DNA of 63,848 nucleotides, counting the filler, from Hyphochytrium catenoides (Eukaryota; Protista; Hyphochytriomycota), in assembly GCA_900088475.1 (NCBI GenBank). It is 11 parts of 11 records of this genome, joined end to end, with 100 filler letters (N's around TTAATTAATTAA, not from the genome) between each part and the next. Parts side by side here need not be neighbours in the genome. Positions count along the whole stretch, not along the records: positions 1 to 27,223 come from FLMG01002336.1; positions 27,324 to 31,566 come from FLMG01004026.1; positions 31,667 to 35,273 come from FLMG01001387.1; positions 35,374 to 38,172 come from FLMG01003809.1; positions 38,273 to 48,075 come from FLMG01002950.1; 6 more parts are not named here. The stretch is one strand, 5' to 3'. Under the pieces are notes generated by a model. The model saw nothing but the letters and a program-made list of their open reading frames with translations. It had not been told where the DNA came from and did no database searches. This document shows positions 26,972 to 42,426 of the stretch, piece by piece (positions within the stretch are counted from its first letter, which is position 1; every line of letters begins with the position of its first letter). A program made the translations under genes and the position numbers.

Positions 26972-27223
26972 CAGAGGGGAGAGAATGTCAGAGAGAGAGA
27001 CAAAGAAAGGGACGGTGGAAGAGAGGAAGAAGGTTAGTGCGGAGGGGGTAGAGACAGGAGAGATAGGTCTTAAAGAAGAAAGCATCCGCGAGAGCGAGAC
27101 ATCGTGTCACAGTACAAGGGAAGGATTGAGTATGTAAAAGAATCTGCATAGCGAAAACGGCCGGCAGAGAGAAAAGAGAAAGAGAGGAGAGAGACAGAGA
27201 GAAAGAGAAGAGAGGGAGAGAGA

Positions 27224-27323
27224 NNNNNNNNNNNNNNNNNNNNNNNNNNNNNNNNNNNNNNNNNNNNTTAATTAATTAANNNNNNNNNNNNNNNNNNNNN
27301 NNNNNNNNNNNNNNNNNNNNNNN
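27224..27323. other. Artificial contig spacer N44-TTAATTAATTAA-N44 (first of ten)
   Basis: The same six-frame-stop linker occurs at 27268, 31611, 35318, 38217, 48120, 51313, 53588, 55115, 56251 and 59183, each in a 100-bp N block. Confidence 0.97.
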
Positions 27324-28242
27324 CCATGCAAAGAAAGATTTTGGATAAGACCTCGACGTGGCCATGAATGGCGCCTATGCTGATGACGAGAGAGAGATTG
27401 GCTATGAAGCTCTCATTACCACTCCTTTCCTCCTGACGTGCATCTGAAGAGATCAGTCCCATCACCTTGGATATGGTCTCTGAGTGCCCGTGACGGCAGA
27501 GAATCCCTAGGAGAGTCCAGAGATAGGGCAAGACCGAGCTAGTAGCGCCAAAGACTGACTCTGCATATCTATCAAGGATTGAGAACAGCACTGATGATTG
27601 CCCAGCCCTAGCCCCCTGAAAGAGCGCCACCCATATTGAGGCGTGATAATAGCCCAGTGACCTCCTTTTGCTCTTCTTCTTCTTCTGATGAGAACGACAG
27701 AGCAGTCGATTCTCGCTCGCCCAATGAACGATGTCTTCCTTACCTGCGAACGCTCCTTCCGCCATGATCCCCATGGCAACCGCTTCTCCTTCCTCTTTGA
27801 AAGAAGAAAGCCCCTGGTTGATGTCTGTCCTCACGCTTTCAAAGAGGTGGACTTCTCTACATATGCCTTGCCACGTAATCTGAATGACATGTGTCTTCAG
27901 CTCAAGGCTTCCGCCTCTGCTAGCGACCTCAGCAACATCTTGCAAGAAGGGCTTCTTGCAGTTTGACAGATGCCCTTGACCAGCGATGGTCCCTAACACA
28001 TCGTACCTACCACGATTAGAAAGGATAAGGACTAGGCCGTGGGATCGTTCCTCAAAGAGCCATGTGGCCGCTGGGAACTTCTCGACAGCAACGGCCCATG
28101 TACCTAGCTGGCTAACGGCTCCAAGATCAAGATAGCTCTGGATCGTCAAGACTAAGCCCTCATTGTCAAGGATCCGATGGGCTGCTGGGTAGAGCATTTC
28201 GATCTTCCTTCTCCTCGACTGCTGTGGTTCTTCTCTGGTCAT
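27324..28242 (-). CDS. Hypothetical protein with F-box-like N-terminal motif and degenerate ankyrin-like repeats; 3' truncated
   Basis: More than 300 codons open from ATG 28242. Contains ILDNEGLVLTIQSYLDL and repeated motifs GAFAGKEDIV, GARAGQSSVL, LCRHGHSETI, AIHGHVEVL. Confidence 0.5.
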
Positions 28243-30063
28243 TGCTGTTTTGCTGACGACAGCAGCCGATGCTTCAACAAAACCCAACTATGGTGGTCGT
28301 CACCGAGATATGAAGACTTCTCTTCCTCCACAAGAAGAGGCAAGAAGGAGGGTGGCTCGACTGAAGACAATGTAAAGGTCGCAACGGCGCTGTGGAGTGA
28401 GGACGCAGAGCGCTGGCTGGTGGAAGATGAAGCTTACGGTGGAGAGAGAGAGCAGACGAGCAAGAAGATGAGAGGAATCAAGCTGTGCGAAGCATTCCTC
28501 AGGAGCTCCTCTTTTACTGCCTTGGCAGCTCTGCCACTGCTTTCCTTTCTCTCATCCTCACCATCTTCTTGCTTGTGCGGCCCTGATCATCTCCAAGCAG
28601 GGTGAAGCAAGGAACGGAACAGTCTTGGTCATGGGCCAGCGAGAGGAGTGTGGGTCAGAGGAAAGCTAGCTTTCCTTTCTGTATGCGGTACACAACAGAG
28701 AGAGGAGGGAGGAGGAGTGATTGTCAACGAAAGGAGCTGACACAATTGCAAGAGATATTCTGCAACTATGGTGTTTGCGGGTTTTTATGAGACAAAGATA
28801 ATATGAAGAGCTCTGTCTGTTCGAAGCCTGCCTCTTCTTCTTCTTCGTACTCGGAAATCACCAGCCACATCATTAAGAGATCGTAGGGAGTAGTTGTGCT
28901 TCTTCTCACACTCATGGAGAAGAAGAGAAGAAGCAGGTCAGCATTGGCTGGAGAGCTGTTGATGGACATCCTTCCTGTCTGCTGCCAACTACTTGCGCTC
29001 TCCTCTCGGTCGTCTTCTCTCTCCGCTATGAGTAGTGAACGGCAAGCACCCTTCTGCTGCTGCCCTTCTGCTGCTGAGTAAGAAAGGGACGAAGAAGGGA
29101 GTCCTTCGCGTCGCACGGCTTCGGGGTCGGTCTCGGTACGAAGTGGCGTCCGTTTTGATATACTGCTGTCATTCTTCAAAGATACGTCATGCCTTGTGGC
29201 CAGAGACCACGAAGAAGCCTCCTTAGCAAGCTCCATCGAACTATGATGAGTCAACCTATAAATTTTTCTACAATCGACCGCCGGTTGCATTCATCTTCTT
29301 CATTACACTTACTACGGCGCTACAATGCTGATGATGAGTGTTGCTCTAATGACCGCGTCAGGAACGTCTTTGCTTTGATCAGACTGCTTCTGCTGTCCTA
29401 GTATCTGTCGTCTATCCAGGAAAAACGAAAACGCCTAAGAAGAATAGCGTGACGGCTTGATGGACGACTCTTATCAATCTAGCAGTATGATGATGAAAAG
29501 GATCAGATGGCTGAACGGAGGCACTATAGACTGGAGGCGTAGGACGTCTGCCATTTTCAACGGCTTAGTCACCAAGTGTCTCGGTTCCGTGTCAGTCCTC
29601 TGGTGGCATGCTCGCACATGATGCGCGCTGATTCCTTAAGATTGACAAAGGCTCCATCTTGGAGATCCTGCGCTGTGGCGGCCGTTGTTATCTCCTTCGC
29701 TTGGTGCTTCAGCAGTTATAGTGGATCGGTCAGGAAGGGGACGCTCTTGTCGCTGCTCTTGCTGTGGTCGGACTCGTCTCTGAAAGAAAAATGCGGTGGT
29801 GTGTCCCGCTTGTGGGAGAGTTTATTATAAAGCATTGAAGGATGACCTGGACCCAGTGGTCTCACCTTCCTTCAGAAGACGCAATGATTAGTTTCAATGG
29901 TTGTTAGATAAATAATAGACCACTGAGCCGGGTCTTCTTAGGTAACCGCTACTGCTTAGATAGAGATGATAAGATCATCCATATCGTCTTCATCAACTCA
30001 TTTTTGACAGCAAACCGGGCAGCCCTTTAGCGCAGCTTTGTTCTCACTGCTGCTCACTTCTTG

Positions 30064-31003
30064 TTATGCGCTTCTCGTCGTCTTCAATCGCTTCTGAAGG
30101 GCCTTGTGCAGCGTCAGAAAAAATAAAATCGGGGAAGAAGGTATAGAGGACGGCGTAGACCATGCACGCGGACCGGAGAGTCTGTGGTGAGCGAGAGCGG
30201 GAGGAGCACGTAGAATTTCATGAGCCCACCATGTACACCACCCCATGGCAGCTGAAGTATAGCTGGCACCTCGGTGTAATGAGAAGTAGCGACTTACCTT
30301 GCCAAGAAAGGCATCTGGCCTAGGAAACAACTTATAGCTCGCTGCCCAGCCACCGCTAACCGCTGCTAGGCTCGCCCAGAAACGAAAGAGTTCATTCCTT
30401 TCCGGTTCACTCCCGAGGTAGGCAGTCAGAGTATGCTTTGGGCCAAGTGATGGAGCTGCTGATGAGCACTCACTCGTTCTTCTCCGGTCCAGATTGCTCC
30501 GTGAAGAGGCTAATCCTTCATCAGGACGTCTGTCTCCTTCAACATACGACGTAGGGAACGAAGAAGCTGGAAGGAGGTCGAGAGTGCCTCCAATGATACC
30601 CCCAAGGCACAACCCTTGTAAAAGTAGCTTAGGTCAAGAGGGACATTGTTACGTCAGTATCGCAGCCAGGTAGGCGGATCCTTAAGCCATATAAGCAGCA
30701 GCGTCAAGGATACAGAAGACTAGTGATACACACCTTTGGAAAATGGGCCCGAGATCCTAGAGTTGTCATGGGATAAAGCTTGTGAATAGCTCCGAAGGTC
30801 GCTGTAGCGCTTAGTAAACTCAATAGGCGACTTTCTCTTTGCTTTCCCTCGACAAAGGTGTATGCGGCACGAGCATGACTTGATGCAAGTGCTGTTCCTA
30901 CGACCAGTAAAGGCAAGCTCCTGTTGCTGCTAAAGTAACCAACAAGGCCCGCTCCACCCAGCATGACTGTCATCGTCACGGGGTAGCGAAGTGCGAAGAT
31001 CAT
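30064..31003 (-). CDS. Small membrane protein with TMEM14/FAX-like N-terminus, multi-exon
   Basis: Exon 1 MLGGAGLVGYFSSNRSLPLLVVG resembles the TMEM14 G..GY...S..SL..G motif. Donors at FPK|gt and LGK|gtaagt. 3' end uncertain. Confidence 0.4.
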
Positions 31004-31734
31004 GCTTCACAATACGATGCCACTACTAGCTGTCGCACAACAAGCTTACTCTCCTGGTGGAAGAAGCGATGCTTATCGTGATCAATCGACGATAACAACG
31101 AAGCCAATGTCTCCCTGTTGGTGAGTTGAGGTCCTTCGCAGCAACGACAACTACTACCTTCCAGTGGATCAGAAAGAAGAGAAGAAGTAGTAGTAGAAGA
31201 AGTGAGAACTAGAAGTAGGGCTGATGCGTAGGAGTGGGAGATGGTGGTCAGAAAAGCGATGCGTGCCGCTGACCGTCATAAGCCAGTACAAAGCTGTGCA
31301 TCCAAGTCCCCCTAATAGTCCACGGCTCGCGCGCCATCTGCGGATCGTCATTCATCTTCCTCCCTGCTTCAAATGTCTCAACCTCCTCTATTAGTTATTT
31401 ATCTATAGAGCTAAACGAACGCGTTGTGCCGACATCATCATGAAGTGCATCATTCCTGTTGTGGATTGATTGTGGCGCATTATCATGAAGACAATGTCTG
31501 CTTTTGAACGTTGTTGATTTATTGTTAATTGATGTTCAAACAACATTCAATAACTCCAACCCAGTGNNNNNNNNNNNNNNNNNNNNNNNNNNNNNNNNNN
31601 NNNNNNNNNNTTAATTAATTAANNNNNNNNNNNNNNNNNNNNNNNNNNNNNNNNNNNNNNNNNNNNAGAGAGAAAGAGGAGCGGGAGAGAAAAGAGATTA
31701 GGGAGTGCGTGCAAGGAGTAAGGTGGAAACGTAC

Positions 31735-31945
31735 TGGAGCTGCTGTCCTGCCGCTTCATTTGGTGTATTTGTTGCTATAATCCTGTTCCGAAAAAGAAAG
31801 AGAGAGAGAGAGATGGTTATTATTGAAGAGAGGTTAGGCTGAGATTTATTAGGAAGAGGAGGAGAGAGCCTGAGACGAAGTGGCAGCCTGACGTCAAGAG
31901 TGCGAAAGAGAAACTAGAGAAGACCAAACGGAGACGTTGAAAAGG

Positions 31946-31987
<42 letters not shown>

Positions 31988-32320
31988 ACATTAAGGTAGC
32001 AAGGTTGTACGTCCTTACGCTGCTAAGATCATGGTGATCGCGACGGGGAAGACAATGACACCGAAGGAGCCAATCGCATGGTTCAAATCTTCTAAAGACA
32101 TCTTCTCTTCCTCTGCGTTCTGTTCTTCTCCGTCTCTTCTCTCTTTCTCTTCTTCTTCTCTCTCTCCCATCATCGGCACCGCCACTGCCGCGCTCTCCTC
32201 GTTAGGCCCAAGATAATGTATGGGCCGCGGGTCCTGCTCTGGCCCTCGGATGGGCGTGGAAGCGAGGTAATACTCGCTTCCTGAGGGCGTAGGACCCTCC
32301 ACTCTCTGGCTCGGGTCCAT
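31735..32320 (-). CDS. Presenilin-like aspartyl protease, first two exons; remainder lost at spacer
   Basis: Acidic N-terminus, then SFGVIVFPVAITMILAA like presenilin TM1 (cf. IMLFVPVTLCMVVV). Exons 32019-32320 and 31735-31782 join in phase 2. Confidence 0.55.
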
Positions 32321-33545
32321 CGCTTTAGACAATCAAAAGAGAGAGAGAGAGAGAGATCAAGAGAGAAGAGGACCAAGAGAAAGGAGAGAGAGAGAGAGAT
32401 CAAGAGAGAAAGAGTGCGGAGAGTTAAAGAGAGAAGGGAGAGAGGAGGAAATGAGAGAGAGAGAAGGAGAGACAAGAAGATTAGGAAGGCGGATGGAGGA
32501 AGACAGCGTTGTGGAGATAGCTGGCTTGGGGAAAGAGAGGGAAGAGAAAGACTGCGAATTAGAGGGAGAAAGGAAGAGAGAAAGAAAGGAAGAGCCTCTC
32601 CTAAAGTGCCCAGGAGCAGTTGTTAGCAGTCTTGCAGCTAGAGTTTCTCGTTGCCTCTCTCTCTCTTTTGCTCTCTTCTCCTCGGTAATCCTTAAGAGGT
32701 TGGAGTACGACGTCCTGTCTTGAAGCTTCACAATAGTCTCTCTCTTTCTCTCTTTCTCTCTCTCAATGCGTTTCTCTTCGTTTGTCTCTCTTGTTCGTCG
32801 CTCTGCTGCTCACCCAGAGATAGGAAGATACTGATTGTGACCTTCAAAACTGAGAAAGAGTTTATCGTCTCTTCCCCCTCTCTGTCTTCCGTTTATCGCG
32901 GCCTGCGCAATGATGTGGGTTGTGACCGCTCCCCCAACCTCTTTCTCTCTCTCTCTCTCTCTCTNNNNNNNNNNNNNNNNNNNNNNNNNNNNNNNNNNNN
33001 NNNNNNNNNNNNNTCTCTCTCTCTCTCTCCCTCTCCCTCTCTCACTCTTTCCTTCGACCTATGCTACACGTTGTGCAGAAAGGTGCGAGAGCCAGGTGGA
33101 AGGGAGGACAAGGCTTCTCATCATACTGCGCTGGGATGTGTGTGAGGGAAGAGAGTGAGAGAGAGAGAGAGAGAGAGATATGAGATAACGGAGTAACCCC
33201 CTCTCACAGCCGATTGTAAGAGAGGCGAGAGAGAGAGGAAGAGAAAGGACACTGAAACAGATGCCAGAACCAGCAGGAGAGAGAGAACGAAAGAGGAGAG
33301 ACAGAGAAAGATGGTGGGTAAGGGCGTAAGAGGAGGAGACAGAAAAAGGGGGACACTAGACAGAGCAGCGGTAAAAAAGAGAGAGAGAGAGAGAGAGAGG
33401 GAGGAAGAGAAAAGGACGAGGGAGTGAGAGCGATGACAAAGAGAGTGAGAGAGAGCGAGCGAGCGAGCGAGCGAGAGAAAGAGATAGAAGGAAGAGAGAT
33501 AGGTAGAGAGAAAGAGAGAAAGAGAGAAAGAGAGAGAGAGAGAGT

Positions 33546-33585
<40 letters not shown>

Positions 33586-34460
33586 CAGAGAAAGACACAA
33601 GAGAGAAACAGGCTCAGGCTGTTCCAGGGGAGAGGAGGGTGAGGGAGGTGGGGAGGGCCAGTTCCTCACACGCTCCAGAAATGCTTTCTTTATATTCTGC
33701 TGAGGACAATGGCTGACGCTAGACAGAGAGGATACAGAGATATACAGTTGTAAGAGCTCGAGTAAGCCCTTACAGGGTTTACAAGACTAGAGGTAGCACC
33801 ATGAGATAGACTTTGTATCGAGGTAGAGTAGGAAAGAGGCAGATTGGGGGAGAAGGATGTGCTCCATTCCATTGTTTGTTGAAACCCGTGAATGGATATT
33901 AACCCGGTGCTTGGTCGTTTGATTAGAAAGAAGCATAAATTGACCCAGGGGCTAACTAAGAAAATGGGATAACCTTAAGGGAATCAAATGTAGATCTATT
34001 AGATTAGTTATCTATGATCTGATCTGCTTTTGATGCAATCAGAAACGCGGTTTTTGGGGAGCTTCGTCTACAGATTTTTGGAAATCTCTTCTGAAGCTTC
34101 ATCGGCCTCTGCCAGAGTTCGCTAGAACGGGCACTTTCTTCTTCTTGAAGCTCAAGATGGGGCCGTTTGAGGGTGCTTGGGACATCAGCCAAACATTAGG
34201 GAAAGTATGCCCCACCATGGTACGTGGGTTCTCTGTATTCCAGGCCGAAGGGCGCCCACTATGGTGGTTCCTTGTGAAGCTTCCAATTTCAAAAGAAGAA
34301 ACGTGAAAGCTAGAAATTAAGAGAGAATGGGCTGCTCTGCAGCAGGCAATGCTGAGAAGCTGATGTCCTGGAGAGGTAGGAGGAGTAGCCTTCTACCTTA
34401 AAAGGCTCCTTTTCGGCCTTAAGGACAGGGAATAGCCAGTGTTGATTCCGCTTGCCCGCA

Positions 34461-34695
34461 TTAGCCAAGGAGTTCTGAGGCCTCAAACGTCTTCCATTTG
34501 CCCACTTTCAGAGCTCCGAGCTTGAGTCCTCCGACCCTGACGCGCTTCAGCCGCGCCACCTTCAGCCCGATTGCCGCGCACATGCGGCGAATCTGTCTGT
34601 TTCTCCCTTCTCTGAGAATAAAGCGCAGCTGTGACTCATTTAGCCACTTCACCTTCACTGGCTTCAGCCGCTTCCCGTCAAGAGTCAGTTGACGG
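34461..34695 (-). CDS. RsuA/RluB/E/F-family pseudouridine synthase, last exon
   Basis: LTLDGKRLKP..LRFILREGRNRQIRRMCAAIGLKVARLKRVRVGGLKLGALKVGKW is the C-terminal signature. Preceded by a CT-rich intron and acceptor; upstream exons lie beyond the spacer. Confidence 0.9.
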
Positions 34696-34698
34696 CTT

Positions 34699-34742
<44 letters not shown>

Positions 34743-34767
34743 GTGAGGGAGAGAGAGAGATATAGAG

Positions 34768-34800
<33 letters not shown>

Positions 34801-35895
34801 TACAGATCGACGGAGCAAGGCAGTGAGCAAGAGAGAGAGACAGGAAAGGGATGACATTAGAACGCGTTATGGATGAAGGAGGGAGAGGAGAGAGAGAGAG
34901 AGAAAGAGGAACGGAGAGAGAAGGAGGGAGAGAGACACCGAAGAGAGAGTTAGTGCAGATCAACGGCCATAGTGAAAAGATAGTGGAAGGGATTAAATGC
35001 AGGACCGATGAAAGAGAGACAGACACGGAGAACGCGCGAAGAGAGGAGAGAAAGAGAAACGCAGACAGAGAGACAGAGAGAGACAAGCGGACGGAGAGCC
35101 AGACTGAGAGAACGCGAGGGCCAGACAGAAGAGACAAAGAGAAAGAGGAGCGAGAAGGGAGAAGAGAGAGAGAGAAAGAGTGAGAGAGAGACGAACAGCG
35201 AAGGACATGAGAGGTCAAGAGAGGATCCAAGAGTCCCCCAACTAACACAGGGAAAGAGAGAAACCAGTGGGAGNNNNNNNNNNNNNNNNNNNNNNNNNNN
35301 NNNNNNNNNNNNNNNNNTTAATTAATTAANNNNNNNNNNNNNNNNNNNNNNNNNNNNNNNNNNNNNNNNNNNNTCTCTCTGTCTCTCTCTCTCTCTCTCT
35401 TCTCCCTCTCTCTCTCTCTCTCTCTCTCGTCTCTTTGCTCTCTCTTTTCCCTCTCTCTCTCTCTTTTCTCTCTCTTTTCTTTTACAGCGTTCTATACTGT
35501 CTCAGCTGCGCTTCTGAGGGACCACATGCACCTTCTCAGTTCTGTCATCATCTCGTCTTAGCCTGAACATATCAGTTCTCGGCTTTCCAAGCGTCAGACA
35601 GAGCTTTGCCGAGCTTGGCCGAGCTTCATTTGCAACTGCAGCTGAAAGAGGTGGCGGTGCCCTGCGTGGAAAGAGAAGAGCTTCGTTTCTCTCTCTCTTT
35701 CTATCCAGGTAGCTGAGAGTATACGCCTTGAACCTGATCTGGGTAACACCAGCGGAGGGAACCTCTTTCGTGGCATATCTGCCTGGCGCCAAACCCGGCC
35801 TTCTTATCTTCTTTCTTCATTCTCTTCGCTCTTTGCACATACTATTGTCTTCTCTTTCTCTCTCTCTCTCTTTCTCTCTGTTTCTCTCGGTTACG

Positions 35896-37357
35896 ATGAC
35901 GTCTTGTACTATCAATAACTCCCTAGCGTACACGCTAATGTTCCTGACCCTGGCAGTCTTTGCCGTGACAGCGCTCTTCTTTGCCTATCGCTTCGGCAAG
36001 ATAACGTTAGACCGCTATCTCGTGTCGCGTGCGACACAGAGCACCAAGTTCATCGCATGGTCTCTCTACTCCTCCGCCATGGGCTCCTGGATCCTCTTCG
36101 CTATTCCTGAGGTTGGGGCCAGTATGGGAGCCTGGGGCGTGGCAGGCTATGCGATAGCTAATGTTACGCCTTATGTCCTTGTCTGCTTCATTGGCCCGGT
36201 GCTAAGGAGAGNNNNNNNNNNNNNNNNNNNNNNNNNNNNNNNNNNNNNNNNNNNNNNNNNGAGTCCCTATCATCGCTGTCTCCGTCACCACCTGTATCTA
36301 CACAGCCATCGGCGGTATGCCGGTGACGATGATCACTGACCTTGTGCAGGGCGTTCTCAGCGCTCTCCTCACTCTCTACGCCTCTACACTTATCCTGGCC
36401 ACCAACGACGCAGACGCCGAGCGGTTGAAGGAAGTAGCTGCGCCAACAAACCAGGGCTTTCATGCCTTTCTCATTCTACTCATTGCTGTCGTGGGCTCCA
36501 ACTATTTCAACACGGGTATCTGGCAACGAGTGTGGGCCAGCAGAGACGACAAGGCGCTAATTCTTGGCTGCCTCTTCTCTGGAAGCGCTATTCTGCTGGT
36601 CAGCGTCATTCTTGGCCTTGCTGGGATGTGGGCGATGGCGACGAACCCTGCGATTATCCCAGGAGAATCCTTCTTCATTGGCTGCGGCACGAGTAACGGG
36701 GCCTTCAACTGCTCTTGGTCATACATCGTGCTTGTACTGGCCGTGGCGCTGGTCTGTGCCGTTGTCGATACCCTGCAAAACGCTATTTGCGCAGAGTTGA
36801 CTCAGCTGTTGGCCGCCATGAAGGTGGATAAGCTTGTAGCTAAGCTAGGAAGGGGAGAGGGAGAAAGCGCGATGGTCTCGAAGCTGGGAGGCAGCTTCTT
36901 TCTTCTTGCGCGTGTTCTTACGGTGCTCCTCAACATCCCAGCCATCTTCTTGGCCGTCAAGCAGGTCAACATCTTACAGCTTTTCTTGATCGCTGACCTG
37001 GTGGCGTGCACCTGCTTTCTCCCTTCTGTCCTGGGCTTTTGGAGGAAGACAAACTCATGGGTCGCTCTCTCTGGGTCGTTTGCGGGTCTCCTGTCTATTC
37101 TTATTTATGGATGGGCAAGGACGGGGACGTTCGTGGGAGGATTTGAGCAGATCACTCTTCCAGATGGATTCTATTCTCTCCCTACGCTATACTCCTTCCT
37201 CCTCGCGATAGGAGTCTCAGGCTTCTGGACCATTGCCGGTTCTCTTCTTCTCCCTGAGGAGAAAGATCTCTCTTTCCTGACAGAGGTCAAGGATGACGGC
37301 CATAGCCCAGCATTCGGCACCTCAGAGACTCCAAATAACAAGCTGGATGTCATCTGA
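35896..37357 (+). CDS. Sodium:solute symporter (SSS family; urea/polyamine-type), internal N gap
   Basis: Many TM helices; SLYSSAMGSWILFAIPEVG, YTAIGGMPVTMITDLVQG, NYFNTGIWQRVWASRD, VDTLQNAI. Apparent frame change falls inside the N gap 36212-36260. Confidence 0.88.
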
Positions 37358-38801
37358 AGGTTTAGCTCTCCTTCTCTCCTCTGTGATGGAACATCAGAGG
37401 CATGGCGAGGAGGAAAAGAAGAGAGTGAGGAGAAGCATCCTCTTCTGCCAAGAACATTCACTATTGATAAGTCATAATGCTACGCAGTTGGCTTCTTCCC
37501 ATGCAATTAACCTTTTGCACTCAAGTCGGCGTCTCTCTCTTCTTTGCATCTGGCCTTCCTATCACTATCTCCGTTATCAATGCTCTGTATCTCCCTCCTT
37601 GCATGCTTTGTCCTGTCTCCTCCGCGGTGTCCTGGGCTGCCCTCTTTGCATGTTTCCCCTCCTGCACCAAGGACATCATCACCTTCCAGTATCCATAAAG
37701 GTCTATGTAGGGCTCTCTTGGCCTGGACGTTGTCAGAAAGGCCGGGTGACCATAGCTGTTTATTGATTAGTGCGGCCCGTCAACCGTCCGACTTTAGCAG
37801 GTTACTTTGGCATAAGACGGGTCATGCACTCATAAGAAATGTTGATCGGGAAATAAAGAGAGGGATGGGCTCAAAAGGGAGCCAGACAGAGAGAGAGAGA
37901 GAGAGAGAGCTCTCAGAGCCTAGTTCTACCTCCCGCTTGACAACCGTCTGAAGGATCACGTGGACGCTTTGGCAGAGGCCAGGGCCGAGGCAGCTGTCGG
38001 TGATACTAATTATTAGCTTCTATGAGAAAGTAAGAGCATCACCAGGCAAGACAATCGAAGAGCTTTGACCATCATCGCTGAGCGAATGGAGAGAGAGACC
38101 TAAGTGTAAGTGTAAGGGATTGTACAAGTACAGTAGAGTAGCCTAGACCTCCCCCTGGAGCCATGGAGTGACNNNNNNNNNNNNNNNNNNNNNNNNNNNN
38201 NNNNNNNNNNNNNNNNTTAATTAATTAANNNNNNNNNNNNNNNNNNNNNNNNNNNNNNNNNNNNNNNNNNNNATTCCATAGGGACAAGGAAGTATTCAAG
38301 AAGGCGCTGGATGGACAAGTGGAGCACGCCTCATTGTAAGATGAGGAAGAGAAAAAGAGAGAAAGAGAAGAAGAAGAGAAGGAGAGAGGAAAAGACGGAG
38401 AGAGACGAACCCCAGAAGCAAGGTAACTTAATTTATTCCATTACTCTACCCTCTTACTCCACGAAGCTGCCAAAGTGAGCGAGGGCAGTCGCACAGCAGA
38501 AGAGAGAGAGAGAGAGAGAAAGTGACCAGAGCGAGTAAGACTAACAGTGACCCAGAGACAGCAAAGAGCTAAGAGAAAATATCGCCCGAACTCAGCGAGG
38601 TAGAGACAGGTTGAGAGAGACAGTAGGGCGCCAGAACCTCTTTCTCTACAACTCAGAAGGTTAGTTAAAGGCTCTATGACACTACTTTCCCTCAGATCTA
38701 CCCAGAACGCGACGGCTCACTGGAGCGGCTGCAACTTCCACGGGAAGAGTCTCGGAGCTCAGGAAAATGTCAATAGATGATAACATCATAGAGGAGCGTC
38801 C

Positions 38802-39068
38802 ATGGCGAATTATGTCGTGATGATCTCATCTCTACGCTCTGCTAGCCACGGTCACAAACAATGCACATTCTTCTTGGATGATCTACCCCGTCTCCTTGTA
38901 GAAGTTACGAAGAGTATGCGAGCCTGGCGGAGCCTCGATGGCGAACAATGTCGCAAGTGATCATTTCTGCCCTCTGCTAGCCACGGTCAAGAACGATGCA
39001 CAATCTTCTTGAACAATCTACCAGCCTTACTATAGAACTAGGCAGAGTATGTGAGCCTAGCGGAGACG
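38802..39068 (+). repeat. Diverged tandem duplication, unit about 135-136 bp
   Basis: ATGGCGAA at 38802 and 38938; CTCTGCTAGCCACGGTCA at 38837 and 38972; AGAGTATGYGAGCCTRGCGGAG in both copies. Confidence 0.8.
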
Positions 39069-39574
39069 TAAAAACGCAATAAAATCTTCATCATCAGTTC
39101 TGTATTTTCAGAGAAAACGTCGCAACGGCTACCTTAACGGCTTTATCCCGAAAATAAAGCAGAACATTGGGGTGCCGTGCAATGTGGGGGAATTGAGCGC
39201 CTCGTTTCGTCGCATAACGCGGATGAAGGGCTTTCTAAGAAATAATATTTTCTATGTTCTACTCTATATTCAGTGAGCTTATTGACAAAGTCACCCTTGT
39301 ATGCCCAGAGCAAACCGACTATTTTCGCATTTGGGAGACTTGACATGTGAGAGATTTCTGCAAGTTAAAGAAAAAGTCTCCATAAAAAGCTTCATCACCC
39401 GTTGTCTGGGATTTGACAAGGTCTCTGTCTGCACAGACACATTATAGAGCACGCTACCTAGAGTGGAGAAGGGTAGAGATAAGGTTTTCCAGAGCCCCAT
39501 CTTCTTGAGCCTTGATAGAGTAAGGGTGTCAGTCCCGAAGGGAAGAGTAGGACAGATAAAGATCAGAAGGAGAC

Positions 39575-42390
<2,816 letters not shown>

Positions 42391-42426
42391 ACTATTTGTC
42401 TTGGCTCTGGCTTCTTTGTGTCGATA

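Noticed and set aside
27268-27279. Repeated TTAATTAATTAA as a biological repeat or CRISPR-like array
   Set aside because: Always centred in a 100-bp N block, so it is an assembly linker.
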